A stretch of 63,863 bases of DNA, filler included, from Sandaracinaceae bacterium (lineage in GTDB: Bacteria > Myxococcota_A > Polyangia > Polyangiales > JADJQN01): assembly GCA_947483975.1 (NCBI GenBank). It is 3 parts of 3 records of this genome, joined end to end, with 100 filler letters (N's around TTAATTAATTAA, not from the genome) between each part and the next. Parts side by side here need not be neighbours in the genome. Positions count along the whole stretch, not along the records: positions 24,582 to 49,053 come from CANKOL010000034.1; 2 more parts are not named here. The stretch is one strand, 5' to 3'. Positions 30,836 to 43,590 of the stretch are shown in pieces. How positions within the stretch are numbered: the first letter of the stretch is position 1; each line of letters begins with the position of its first letter. Both the position numbers and the translations under genes were made by a program. Below the pieces are notes generated by a model. It saw only the letters and a program-made list of their open reading frames with translations, was not told the origin of the DNA and searched no databases.

Positions 30836-33800
30836 GTGACCCAGCACCGTTCCGCGCAGCTCCGCTCCTGGTCGCAGAAGCTCACGCCGTTCGCCCTCGC
30901 GCTCGTGATGTCGTGCGGAGGACCCTCCGCCACCAGCGCGCCGCCGACCGCGAGCACACCGCTCCCCGGCGCCCTCCTCGACCAGACAGGCGCCCTCGCG
31001 CTGACCGACTCTCGCGCGGGGCTCTCGCTCGCAGACCGCTTCGATGTGCCGGTGCAGGTGGGCGACCGCCTCTCGATCGAGGTCACCTCGGCGGCCTTCG
31101 ACCCCACGCTCGAGGTCACGCCGCCGGGTGGCGGCAGCCTCGTCAACGACGACTGGAACGGCGACCGGCAGCGCTCGCGCCTCGAGCTCGTCGTCGCGAC
31201 CGCTGGCTCGCTGAAGGTCCAGGTCTCGAGCTTCTCGCCGACGGCGACGGGCGCGTATCGCGTGGTCGTGCTGCGCGCCGGTCCGGGCGGGGCCGTGCCG
31301 TCGGGTCAGCCGAACGTGGCCGTCGCCCCGACGCAGGGCGCGTTCCTCGGGCCGGGACAGAGCACCGAGGGCGCGCTCGCGCCGGGTGACGGCACCGCGT
31401 CCGACGGCGCGTTCTACGACACGGTCGTCGTCAACGCCGTCCGCGACGAGCCCATCACCGTGCGAGTGTCGTCGCCGAGCAACGACCCGCTCCGCGTCCT
31501 CGTCACCAACGCCCGCGGGCAGTCCGTCGCCCAGCAGTCGAACGGCGTGTTCGTGCTGCCAGGCGCGCAGATGCACCGCGTGCAGGTCATCGCCCCCGCG
31601 CCGGGTCGGAGCGCGCGTTGGGCGGTCGCAGTCGCGGAGGCGACGCAGGGCGCAGAGGCCGACTCCGTCAGCGCGCCGACCGCGACGAGCCACGGCACGC
31701 CGGCCACGGCGACGTCGGTCCCGGTCGTGCTCGGGCAGCGCCTCACGGGCGCGCTCGCGCCGGGCGACCAGACGCTGCTCACGGGCGAACTCAGCGACGT
31801 CTACGCGTTCGACGCGGTCGCCGGCGCTGGCGTGTCCATCGACCTCTCGTCGGACGCCATCGACTCGTATCTCGTCGTGATCGGGCCGCGCGGTCACCGC
31901 TTCGAGAACGACGACTCGGGCGGCACGCGCAACGCTTCGCTCGAGCTCGAGGCCCCCGACGCGGGCCGTTACCTCATCTTCGCGTCGAGCTATCGGCAGG
32001 GCGAGACGGGCGCCTACGAGCTCAAGATCCTGCCGACGCAGCGCGCCTCCGCGATGACCACGGTGGGCGCGACGCCTGCTCCCGTTGGGACTGGCGCTCA
32101 GGCCACCGGGGCAGCGCAAACCGTCAACGGAGCGCTCGCCACCGGCGACACGCAGCTCAACTCGGGCGAGCTCTCCGACACCTATACGTACGACTTCGTC
32201 GCTGGCAGCACCGTGCGAATCCGACTCTCTTCGTCGGCGTTCGATCCGTACTTGATCGTGCGTCCGCCGTCCGGGGCGCAGGCCGACAACGACGACCTGA
32301 CTCCCCAGGATCGCACCGCGGGGCTCGACTACGTCGTCACGCAGACCGGCCCGCACCGCATCCTCGCGACGAGCTATCGCGCGGGCGAGTCCGGTGCGTA
32401 CACGCTCGAGGTCACCGGCGCTGCGGGCGCAGCCGCGGGCGGCACGGCGACCCCGCCCCGCGCTGGCGGCAGCACGACGCCGACGGGCCCCACGTACCGC
32501 ACCGTGCCGGGCACGCTCGCGCAAGGCGACCGCACGCTGCCCGCGGGGGAGTTCTACGACGAAGAGATCGTCACGCTGCCTGCGGGCGCGACGGTGAACC
32601 TGCAGCTTCGCTCGACCGCGTTCGACACCTACCTGCTCGTGCGCTCGCCCTCGGGTCATCAAGAGGACAACGACGACGCGGTGCAGGGCTCGACCGACTC
32701 CGCGCTGACGCTCCAGACGACCGAGGCAGGCGACTATCACGTCCTGACGACGAGCTACCGCGCCGGCATGGTCGGGGCGTACGAGCTCGTCATCGGCGCG
32801 CCCGCGGGCTCCACGCCGCCGCCTGGCGGCACCATCACGCAGCCGCCCTCGGGCGCGACTCAGCCGACGCCCGTCGCGGCGACGCAGCCGATCCACGGCA
32901 CCCTCGCGCGCGGCGACCAGACGCTCCCTTCGGGTGAGTTCGTCGACACGCACAGCGTCACGCTGCCGCAGGGCGGCTCGATCCGCGTGCGGCTCGCGTC
33001 GACCGCGTTCGATCCGTACCTGATCATCCGCACGCCCTCGGGGCGTCAGCTCGACAACGACGACCTCACGCCCGGCGAGCGCAACTCGGGGCTCGATCTC
33101 CCCGTCGCTGAGTCCGGCACGTACTCCGTACAGGTGACGAGCTATCGCGCGGCGGAGACGGGCGCTTACACGCTCTCGTTCGAGGCGGGCGCGTCCATCC
33201 CGGGCGCAGGTCCGGTCACTCCGCCCGGCGCTCTGCCCCCCGGCGGCGCCGCCCCGCAGCGCGGCGGGCGCGTCTTCGGCGTCTTCGCCGGCATCACCGA
33301 CTATCCCGGCAACATCAACGACCTCCCGGAGTGCGCGAACGACGCGCGCAAGATGGGCGAGACGCTGACCCAGGCCGGGCTCGTCGACTCCTCGACCAAC
33401 GTCGTGCTCACGGACTCGCAGGCGACCGTCGGCGCGGTGCGCGGCGCGATCCAGCGCTTCGCCGCGCAGATGGGGCCGGACGATGTGTTCGTCTTCTTCT
33501 ACTCCGGCCACGGCAATCGCACGCCGACGACCACCGACCGCAGCGAGATCGATGGCGAGGACGAGTCGATCGTCCTCTACGACGGCGAGCTGATGGACAA
33601 CGAGATGGGTGCGCTCTTCGACACCATCCGCGCGCGCACCTCGATCCTCGCGCTCGACTCCTGCTTCGCGGGCGGCTTCGCCAAGGACGTGATCACGCGC
33701 CCCGGGCGCGTCGGGCTCTTCTCCAGCGAAGAGGACGTCACCTCGGGCGTCGCCGAGCAGTTCCAGGCGGGCGGCTACCTGAGCTACTTCATCCGCAACG

Positions 33801-33988
33801 CCATGCAGGGCACCGCGGACAACGACCCGCAGGACGGCGTGCTCACCGTCGGCGAGCTGACTCACTACCTGCACACGCAGTTCGGTCGTCAGGTCACCGA
33901 CGTGCGCATGGGCGCCGCCTACCAGCAGCTCGTCGTCGACCGCGGCGCGGTCTCGAGCGAGACCGTCCTCTGGGCGTATAGGCATTGA
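30836..33988 (+). CDS. Lipoprotein with six PPC-like domains and a C-terminal caspase-family (C14) protease
   Basis: GAGGAGG RBS, LVMSC lipobox, repeated GxLxxGD...FDxYL...NDD...GxYxL, FFYSGHG and LDSCFAGG dyad. Confidence 0.85.
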   Translation: MTQHRSAQLRSWSQKLTPFALALVMSCGGPSATSAPPTASTPLPGALLDQTGALALTDSRAGLSLADRFDVPVQVGDRLSIEVTSAAFDPTLEVTPPGGGSLVNDDWNGDRQRSRLELVVATAGSLKVQVSSFSPTATGAYRVVVLRAGPGGAVPSGQPNVAVAPTQGAFLGPGQSTEGALAPGDGTASDGAFYDTVVVNAVRDEPITVRVSSPSNDPLRVLVTNARGQSVAQQSNGVFVLPGAQMHRVQVIAPAPGRSARWAVAVAEATQGAEADSVSAPTATSHGTPATATSVPVVLGQRLTGALAPGDQTLLTGELSDVYAFDAVAGAGVSIDLSSDAIDSYLVVIGPRGHRFENDDSGGTRNASLELEAPDAGRYLIFASSYRQGETGAYELKILPTQRASAMTTVGATPAPVGTGAQATGAAQTVNGALATGDTQLNSGELSDTYTYDFVAGSTVRIRLSSSAFDPYLIVRPPSGAQADNDDLTPQDRTAGLDYVVTQTGPHRILATSYRAGESGAYTLEVTGAAGAAAGGTATPPRAGGSTTPTGPTYRTVPGTLAQGDRTLPAGEFYDEEIVTLPAGATVNLQLRSTAFDTYLLVRSPSGHQEDNDDAVQGSTDSALTLQTTEAGDYHVLTTSYRAGMVGAYELVIGAPAGSTPPPGGTITQPPSGATQPTPVAATQPIHGTLARGDQTLPSGEFVDTHSVTLPQGGSIRVRLASTAFDPYLIIRTPSGRQLDNDDLTPGERNSGLDLPVAESGTYSVQVTSYRAAETGAYTLSFEAGASIPGAGPVTPPGALPPGGAAPQRGGRVFGVFAGITDYPGNINDLPECANDARKMGETLTQAGLVDSSTNVVLTDSQATVGAVRGAIQRFAAQMGPDDVFVFFYSGHGNRTPTTTDRSEIDGEDESIVLYDGELMDNEMGALFDTIRARTSILALDSCFAGGFAKDVITRPGRVGLFSSEEDVTSGVAEQFQAGGYLSYFIRNAMQGTADNDPQDGVLTVGELTHYLHTQFGRQVTDVRMGAAYQQLVVDRGAVSSETVLWAYRH

Positions 33989-34038
33989 GGCGCATCGCCG
34001 GTCTCGCGCGCTTCGACACGCTCCCCACGACGCGCTCG

Positions 34039-34625
34039 GTCAGCGCCTTCGCGCCGCTGCTCGTCGTGGGCCTCGTGCTGAGCGCGGCCCCGGCGCGCGC
34101 GCTCACCCTGGAGGTCGGACCGACTCGCGCGTACACCGCGGTCGCCGCGGTCATCGCCGCGGCGAGCACTGTGCGTGGCTGTGACTTCCACGACGACGAG
34201 AATGGCATTCTCAGCGGCGACCTCGACCGCGACACGAATGACCTGCTGATCGAGGACAGGCAGTTTGCCGACAACGGCTTTTGCGACGCCTACTCCCACA
34301 ATCTCTAGCGCTGAAGAGACGCCGCTCTGGCCGACGCGGGCGCTCTACGTCGTCAACAACACCTTCGTGAAGGACCGCGCCGCGGGCGGGACGTGCGTGC
34401 GCTACGGGGGCACCGCGACGGTGGTGCTCCGCAACAATCTCCTCGTCGGCGCAGGCACGGTCCTCGGTGGGACGGGCGGCAGCGTGACGATGGGGGGAAT
34501 CTGCCCGTCGCGACGTTCCCCTTCGCGGATCAGGCGGGCTACGCCGACCTCGTCGGGTGCGCTCGCGGCGTGCGCGGTGATGGCCCTCGCGCTGCTTGCC
34601 GCGCGCCGACGGTTGCGCCCCCGAG
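34039..34625 (+). pseudogene. Decayed right-handed beta-helix secreted protein
   Basis: Signal peptide+LEVGP, FHDDENGIL, SHNL then TAG; YVVNNTF and LRNNL in another frame; hydrophobic+RRR tail. Confidence 0.6.
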
Positions 34626-34649
34626 GCGCGCCGCGCACGCTCGCGCTCC

Positions 34650-36095
34650 GTGGAAATACCGAGCTCCGAAGATCGTGCGAAGGCCGTAATCGTAGGTGTT
34701 CGGCTGCCCGGCGTCGACGAAGCGGAGCACCGCTCGTCGCTCGAGGAGCTCGGCCGGCTCGCGGCGACGCTCGGCCTCGAGGTCGTCGGGACGGTCGTGC
34801 AGAAGCGCAGCTCGCTCTCGAAGGGCGCGGTCGTCGGCGCGGGCAAGCTGAAGCAGCTCGCGGAGTGGACCGGCGGCGCGGGCGTCGTGCCGACGGCTGC
34901 CAAGCACAAGACGACGAAGGCCGGCGCGCACGCCGCGGTGCCCGACGCGGAGTCGAGCGACGACGAGCCCGACGGCGACGAGCTCGACGGAATCGCCCTC
35001 GAAGACGACGGCGCGCACGACGAGGCGGAGGACGACGGCGAGCCCGGCGCGCACCCGCCGAAGGGCGTGAAGGCGACGATGATCCTCGTCGATCACGACC
35101 TCTCGCCCTCGCAGGCGCGCAACCTCGAGCGCGCGACGGGGGCCGAGGTGCTCGACCGCACGGCGGTGATCCTCGCGATCTTTCATCGGCACGCGCGCAC
35201 GCGGGAGGCGCGGCTGCAGGTCGAGATCGCGCGCCTCGGCTACCTCACCCCGCGCCTGCGCGACTCGGGCGGCGGCGGCGATCGCGTGCGCGGTGGGGTC
35301 GGCGGTAAGGGCGCCGGCGAGAGCGCGCTCGAGCTCGATCGGCGCAAGATCCGCGACCGCATCGCGGAGCTGCGCGAGGAGCTCGCGGCGATCGAGCGCG
35401 ACAGCGGCACGCGCAGAAAGCGCCGCGCCGATCAGGCGACCGTCGCGCTCGTCGGCTACACGAACGCGGGCAAGTCGTCGCTGATGCGCGCGCTGACGGG
35501 CAGCGAGGTCTACGTCGCCGACAAGCTCTTCGCGACGCTCGACACGACCGTGCGCCCGCTCGTGCCCGAGACCAAGCCGCGCATCCTCGCGTCCGACACC
35601 GTCGGCTTCATCAAGCAGCTCCCGCACGACCTCGTCGCGTCGTTCCGCTCGACGCTCGAGGAGGCGCAGGAGGCGCAGCTCCTCTTGCACGTCGTCGACG
35701 CCTCGGACGCCGCGTTTCGCGCGCAGCTCGCCGTGACGCGGCAGGTGCTCAGCGAGATCGGCGCGCTCGAGGACGCGTCGCTGCTCCTCGTGCTCAACAA
35801 GATCGACCGCGTCGACGAGGTCGGTCGAGTCGCGCTGCTCGCCGAGTACCCGGACGCGTTCCAGATGAGCGCGAAGGACCCCGCCGACATCGCGCGCCTG
35901 CACGCGCGCATCGTCGAGCTGTTCGAGGCGCGCATGGAGGAGGCGGTGCTCTTCTTCCCGTACGCCGAGGGCAAGCGCGTCGCGGAGGCGCACGCGGAGG
36001 CGCGCGTCCTCGAGGAGACCTACGACGAGGCGGGTACGCACCTGCGAGTGCGCGCGCCGCACGACGTGCTCGCGCGGCTCCGGCGCGAGGCGTGA
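34650..36095 (+). CDS. hflX: GTPase HflX
   Basis: LSPSQARNLE, LDRTAVILAIF, GYTNAGKSS, LFATLDTT, DTVGFI, NKID. Confidence 0.95.
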   Translation: MEIPSSEDRAKAVIVGVRLPGVDEAEHRSSLEELGRLAATLGLEVVGTVVQKRSSLSKGAVVGAGKLKQLAEWTGGAGVVPTAAKHKTTKAGAHAAVPDAESSDDEPDGDELDGIALEDDGAHDEAEDDGEPGAHPPKGVKATMILVDHDLSPSQARNLERATGAEVLDRTAVILAIFHRHARTREARLQVEIARLGYLTPRLRDSGGGGDRVRGGVGGKGAGESALELDRRKIRDRIAELREELAAIERDSGTRRKRRADQATVALVGYTNAGKSSLMRALTGSEVYVADKLFATLDTTVRPLVPETKPRILASDTVGFIKQLPHDLVASFRSTLEEAQEAQLLLHVVDASDAAFRAQLAVTRQVLSEIGALEDASLLLVLNKIDRVDEVGRVALLAEYPDAFQMSAKDPADIARLHARIVELFEARMEEAVLFFPYAEGKRVAEAHAEARVLEETYDEAGTHLRVRAPHDVLARLRREA

Positions 36096-36108
36096 GCGGC
36101 GCCTGAGA

Positions 36109-36137
36109 TTGCCGCCCGCGGACGCGCGTCCTATACC
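36109..36137 (+). promoter_or_regulatory. Possible sigma70-type promoter
   Basis: TTGCCG-17 nt-TATACC, 12 nt before ATG 36150. Confidence 0.4.
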
Positions 36138-36149
36138 GCTCGACCCACG

Positions 36150-37565
36150 ATGCCCACGGTGACCTCGGAGCCCGCAGTCGCAGCTCCTTTCCTCGCGCGC
36201 GAGGACGTTCGACGCATCCTGATGCTCGCCGTCCCCGCCATGCTCGCGTTCTTGACGCAGACCGCCGTCAACATCGTCGACACCGTCTTCTTCGGTTATT
36301 TGCCCGAGCCGGATCGCTCGGATGGCCAATCGGTCCTCTCGAATTCGCTGATCTTGCTGTGGGCGGTCGGCGGCTTCTTCTCGGCGATCTCCGTCGGCAC
36401 GCAGGCGATGGTCGCGCGGCGCACGGGCGCCGGGCACCCGCTCGAGGCGGGCGCCGTGCTCAAGAACGCGGTCGTGCTCGCGAGCGTCGCGAGCCTCTTC
36501 GCGTCGATCGCGGGCTACTTCTTCATCTCGTCCGCGTTCGCGCTGCTGATGCCCGACAACCCGAACAGCGCCGCGCTCGGCACGGCGTACACGCAGTGGC
36601 GCTTCCTCGGCGTCGTGTCGATGGTCGCGACGGCCGCGTACAAGGCGTACTTCGACGGCACCGGGCGCACGTACATCCACTTCGTCGCGGCGGTCGTGAT
36701 GAACGTCGTGAACCTCGTGCTCTGCTGGGGGCTGATCTTCGGCAACTTCGGGATGCCCAGGATGGGCGTCGAGGGCGCGGGCGTCGCGGGCATGGCGTCG
36801 TCGTGGGTCGGCTTCCTCGTCGTCGCGGCGTTCTCGTTCTCCAAGTCGGACCGCGTCGAGCGCGCGCCTTACTCCGGTAAGCTGTCTGGCTCGACGATGC
36901 GCGAACTCGCGCGGATCTCGGTGCCCTCGGGCATCGCGACGGCCGTGATCATGTCGGGCTTCTTGCTCTTTCGACGCATCGTCGAGGGGCTCGACTCCGC
37001 GTACCTCGCGCACGGCGGCACCGAGTCGATCTACGGCGCGGCGACGACGATCATCATCCAGGTCCTCTCGATCACGTTCTTCTCGTGCATGGCGTTCGGC
37101 GTCGCGACGGCGACCCTCGTCTCGCAGGAGATGGGCGCCGCGCGCCCCGACCGCGCAGAGCGCATCGCCTGGGCGAGCGTGAAGCTCGGCGCGATGGCGT
37201 TCGGCACGCTCGGACTGCTGGAGATCGCGTTCCCCGCGCAGGTCATCCAGGTCTTCAACCACTCGCCCGGCGTCATCGCGGCGGCGATCCCGAGCCTGCG
37301 CTTGATGGGCGCGTGCGGCCCGATCATCGCGACGGGCATGATCCTCACGCAGGCGCTCTTCGGCGCCGGCAACACGCGCTTCGTGATGGTGGTGGAGCTC
37401 GTGCTGCACCTCGGCTGGCTGGTGCCGGGCGCTTACTTCTTCGGCGTCGTGCTCGGGCTCGGGCTGATCGGCGTGTGGATCTCGGCGGCGGTCTACGTCG
37501 CGCTCTTGACGACGGCGATGGTCTTCAAGTTCCGCCAAGGCACCTGGAAGTCGATCAAGATCTGA
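36150..37565 (+). CDS. MATE family efflux transporter
   Basis: LAVP...NIVDT, MGVEGAGVA, LVSQEMGA, ALFGAGNT, W..IKI end. Confidence 0.9.
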   Translation: MPTVTSEPAVAAPFLAREDVRRILMLAVPAMLAFLTQTAVNIVDTVFFGYLPEPDRSDGQSVLSNSLILLWAVGGFFSAISVGTQAMVARRTGAGHPLEAGAVLKNAVVLASVASLFASIAGYFFISSAFALLMPDNPNSAALGTAYTQWRFLGVVSMVATAAYKAYFDGTGRTYIHFVAAVVMNVVNLVLCWGLIFGNFGMPRMGVEGAGVAGMASSWVGFLVVAAFSFSKSDRVERAPYSGKLSGSTMRELARISVPSGIATAVIMSGFLLFRRIVEGLDSAYLAHGGTESIYGAATTIIIQVLSITFFSCMAFGVATATLVSQEMGAARPDRAERIAWASVKLGAMAFGTLGLLEIAFPAQVIQVFNHSPGVIAAAIPSLRLMGACGPIIATGMILTQALFGAGNTRFVMVVELVLHLGWLVPGAYFFGVVLGLGLIGVWISAAVYVALLTTAMVFKFRQGTWKSIKI

Positions 37566-37584
37566 GCGGCCTTCGCACGGCGGC

Positions 37585-38283
37585 TCACTCGACCTCGTCG
37601 ACGCGCACGCGGTCGAGCGCCGTCGCGTGGCTCTCCTCGCGGGCCTCGGGGAGGTTCGCCCCGCGGGTCGCGCAGAATTCCGCGTAGGGCTCGATCTCGT
37701 GGATTCGCGCGTTCTCCCGACATGCCCGATACGCCCGGCGCGCGTATTCGATCCATGGCGACGCTTGGAAGGCGATGACGTCCCGGTAGACGGTCGCGAT
37801 CTCAGGCTCGCGGTTCAGCTCCTCCGGGAGGGGGAGCACGAGCAGCGCGCGCCCGACGTCCTCGTACATCAGCCCGACGATCGCGCCGCCGACGATGCGC
37901 TGCTCCGACGACTCCTCCGCCGCTTCGTCGAGCGCGCGGCGGGCGACCTCGACGACCTCGGTCCGGTGATGGAGCCACGCGGCGAGCGGACCCTCCGACC
38001 AAGCGCCCAGCGTCGTCGAGTCGTGCGCGGCCGGCACCGCGGGCATCTGCTCGACGAAGGTCTGCTTCGCGAGATCCCAGCCGCGCGTCATGCCCTCGCT
38101 GAAGTCGGTGCGGTCGATGCCGTCGGCCGGCAGCGCCGCGAGTGACGGCACGCCCTCCGCGTCCCCGCGCGCGAGCCCACCCGCGGGCACACCACGCTGC
38201 GCCGGCGCAGCCCCGCCGCACCCGACGAGGCCCAGCGAGCAGAGACCGATGAGCCAAGCCGAATCGAGCAGAGGTGCGCGCAC
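37585..38283 (-). CDS. Hypothetical lipoprotein
   Basis: LVGC lipobox; helical acidic body. Confidence 0.7.
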   Translation of the reverse strand: MRAPLLDSAWLIGLCSLGLVGCGGAAPAQRGVPAGGLARGDAEGVPSLAALPADGIDRTDFSEGMTRGWDLAKQTFVEQMPAVPAAHDSTTLGAWSEGPLAAWLHHRTEVVEVARRALDEAAEESSEQRIVGGAIVGLMYEDVGRALLVLPLPEELNREPEIATVYRDVIAFQASPWIEYARRAYRACRENARIHEIEPYAEFCATRGANLPEAREESHATALDRVRVDEVE

Positions 38284-38338
38284 GGCTCGAGAGTACGGCG
38301 GACGCGGTGCGGCTTCGAGGGGGCGCGCCGAGAAGCGC

Positions 38339-38734
38339 TCAGGGCAAGCGTCGGATCCCGCGGCAGTACATCGAGACGAGGTCGAGCAGTTGCTCCGCGC
38401 GATGGGGCGCCATCATCGTCCGCATCCCCGGCTGCGACGCGTCGGGATCGCTCTGCGCCCAGCTCCCCGCGAGCATCACGACGGGCGGCGCCGCGGCGCC
38501 GAGCAGCTCGCTCAGCGTCCGCGCGAGGCTCGCCCAGGTCCCGCCCGGCATCACGTTCTCGATGACGACGACCCCGATGCCTACGTCCCGGCATTGCCTC
38601 ACGGCGTCGACGACGTCCGTGGCGTCGAGCACGAGGTGCCCGCGGAGCTCGAGCAAGTGGGCGAACAAGTCCCGCAGCTCCACATCGTCGCCGACGAGCA
38701 GCACGGGAGGCGGCGGAGGCTGAGACGACTGCAC
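38339..38734 (-). CDS. Stand-alone atypical receiver domain protein
   Basis: VLLVGDD, VVVIENVMPG, PPVVML receiver pattern. Confidence 0.6.
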   Translation of the reverse strand: MQSSQPPPPPVLLVGDDVELRDLFAHLLELRGHLVLDATDVVDAVRQCRDVGIGVVVIENVMPGGTWASLARTLSELLGAAAPPVVMLAGSWAQSDPDASQPGMRTMMAPHRAEQLLDLVSMYCRGIRRLP

Positions 38735-38785
38735 CCGCGTATCATTTGGCCGTCACCGCGCAGTGACAAGCACCGAATCGGTAAA

Positions 38786-39727
38786 CTACCCACGCGGCCC
38801 GAAGGCCTCGAGCCAGCGCGCACCCTCTGCGCCGAGGAGCGCGTCGGGGTGCGGGCGCCCGTCGATGCCAGGCTCGTTCTTCAGCCAGGTGCGCTGCCGT
38901 CGCGCGTAGATCCTCGTGCTCTGCAGGATGCGCAGCGTCGTCTCGTCGACCGACACGCCGTGCAGGACGTGCTCGAGCATCTCGCGGTAGCCGACAGCCT
39001 GGAGCGGACGCGCCGTCTCGCCGTGTCGCTCGAGGAGCGCGCGGACCTCGTCGGCGAAGCCCGCGCGCAGCATCTCGCGCACGCGGGCGTCGATGCGGGC
39101 GTGCAGCTCGGGGGTCGGCCGATCGAGCGCGAGCATCCGCAGCGGATAGCGCGGGCCGCCGAGGGCGTGTGCCGCGTGAAGCTCGCCGAGCGGCGTGCCT
39201 GTCTGCTCGAAGACCTCGAGGGCGCGCACGATGCGCAGCTGATCGTTCGGGTGGATCTTGGCGGCCGCGCGCGGGTCGATCAGTACGAGCCGCGCGTGCA
39301 GGGCAGGGGCGCCGCGCTCGATGGCCTCCGCGTCGAGGCGCGCCCGGAGCGCGTGATCGACCGGTGGCACCGCGACCAGCCCGCGGACGAGGGCGCGCAG
39401 CCAGAGCCCCGTCCCACCGACGACGATCGCCAGCCGACCGCGCGCGTGAATGTCCGCGATCGCAGCATCCGCGAGGTGCGCGTAGGCCATCGCGTCGAGC
39501 GGCGCGTCCGCGTCGGCCGCGTCGATCAGGTGGTGCGGCACGCCGCGCAGCTCGGCCGCCGTCGGCTTGGCGGAGCCGATGTCGAAGCCGCGATACACCT
39601 GCACGCTGTCCGCGCCGACGAGCTCACCGCCGAGGCGCAGCGCGAGCTCGACGGCGGCGCCCGTCTTGCCGCTCGCCGTGGGGCCAGCGAGGACCAGGAC
39701 CGTAGGCGCGGGATCGGAGCTCGTCAT
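38786..39727 (-). CDS. miaA: tRNA dimethylallyltransferase
   Basis: GPTASGKT, DSVQVYRG.DIGSAKP, VGGTGLW, YARRQRTW; follows mutL. Confidence 0.96.
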   Translation of the reverse strand: MTSSDPAPTVLVLAGPTASGKTGAAVELALRLGGELVGADSVQVYRGFDIGSAKPTAAELRGVPHHLIDAADADAPLDAMAYAHLADAAIADIHARGRLAIVVGGTGLWLRALVRGLVAVPPVDHALRARLDAEAIERGAPALHARLVLIDPRAAAKIHPNDQLRIVRALEVFEQTGTPLGELHAAHALGGPRYPLRMLALDRPTPELHARIDARVREMLRAGFADEVRALLERHGETARPLQAVGYREMLEHVLHGVSVDETTLRILQSTRIYARRQRTWLKNEPGIDGRPHPDALLGAEGARWLEAFGPRG

Positions 39728-39733
39728 CCTGCG

Positions 39734-41758
<2,025 letters not shown>

Positions 41759-41871
41759 CGCGCTCCCCCATATCGCGACGCGCCGCGGCGAGCAACGCGC
41801 GGCTCGCCCACGCCGCCGCGTCTTCACGCGCGTTAAGCTGGCGAACTCACTGCGGAAAGACAGGCATTCCG

Positions 41872-41900
41872 TTGACCGTGGCGAGGGCCGATGTTAGTTT
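41872..41900 (+). promoter_or_regulatory. Sigma70-type promoter of the kinase gene
   Basis: TTGACC-17 nt-TAGTTT with TGn extended -10. Confidence 0.6.
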
Positions 41901-41927
41901 CGAGCCGCTCTTCGAGCCGCGCGCGAC

Positions 41928-43580
<1,653 letters not shown>

Positions 43581-43590
43581 CGCGCCGCTC

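Noticed and set aside
30254..33985. Very long antisense or alternate-frame ORFs (also 26211-29429, 34539-37538, 38090-40594)
   Set aside because: Arg/Ala-rich shadows of real genes, expected at this GC content; no motifs
34306..34308. TAG as pyrrolysine or readthrough
   Set aside because: Downstream homology continues in other frames with deletions; pseudogenisation is simpler
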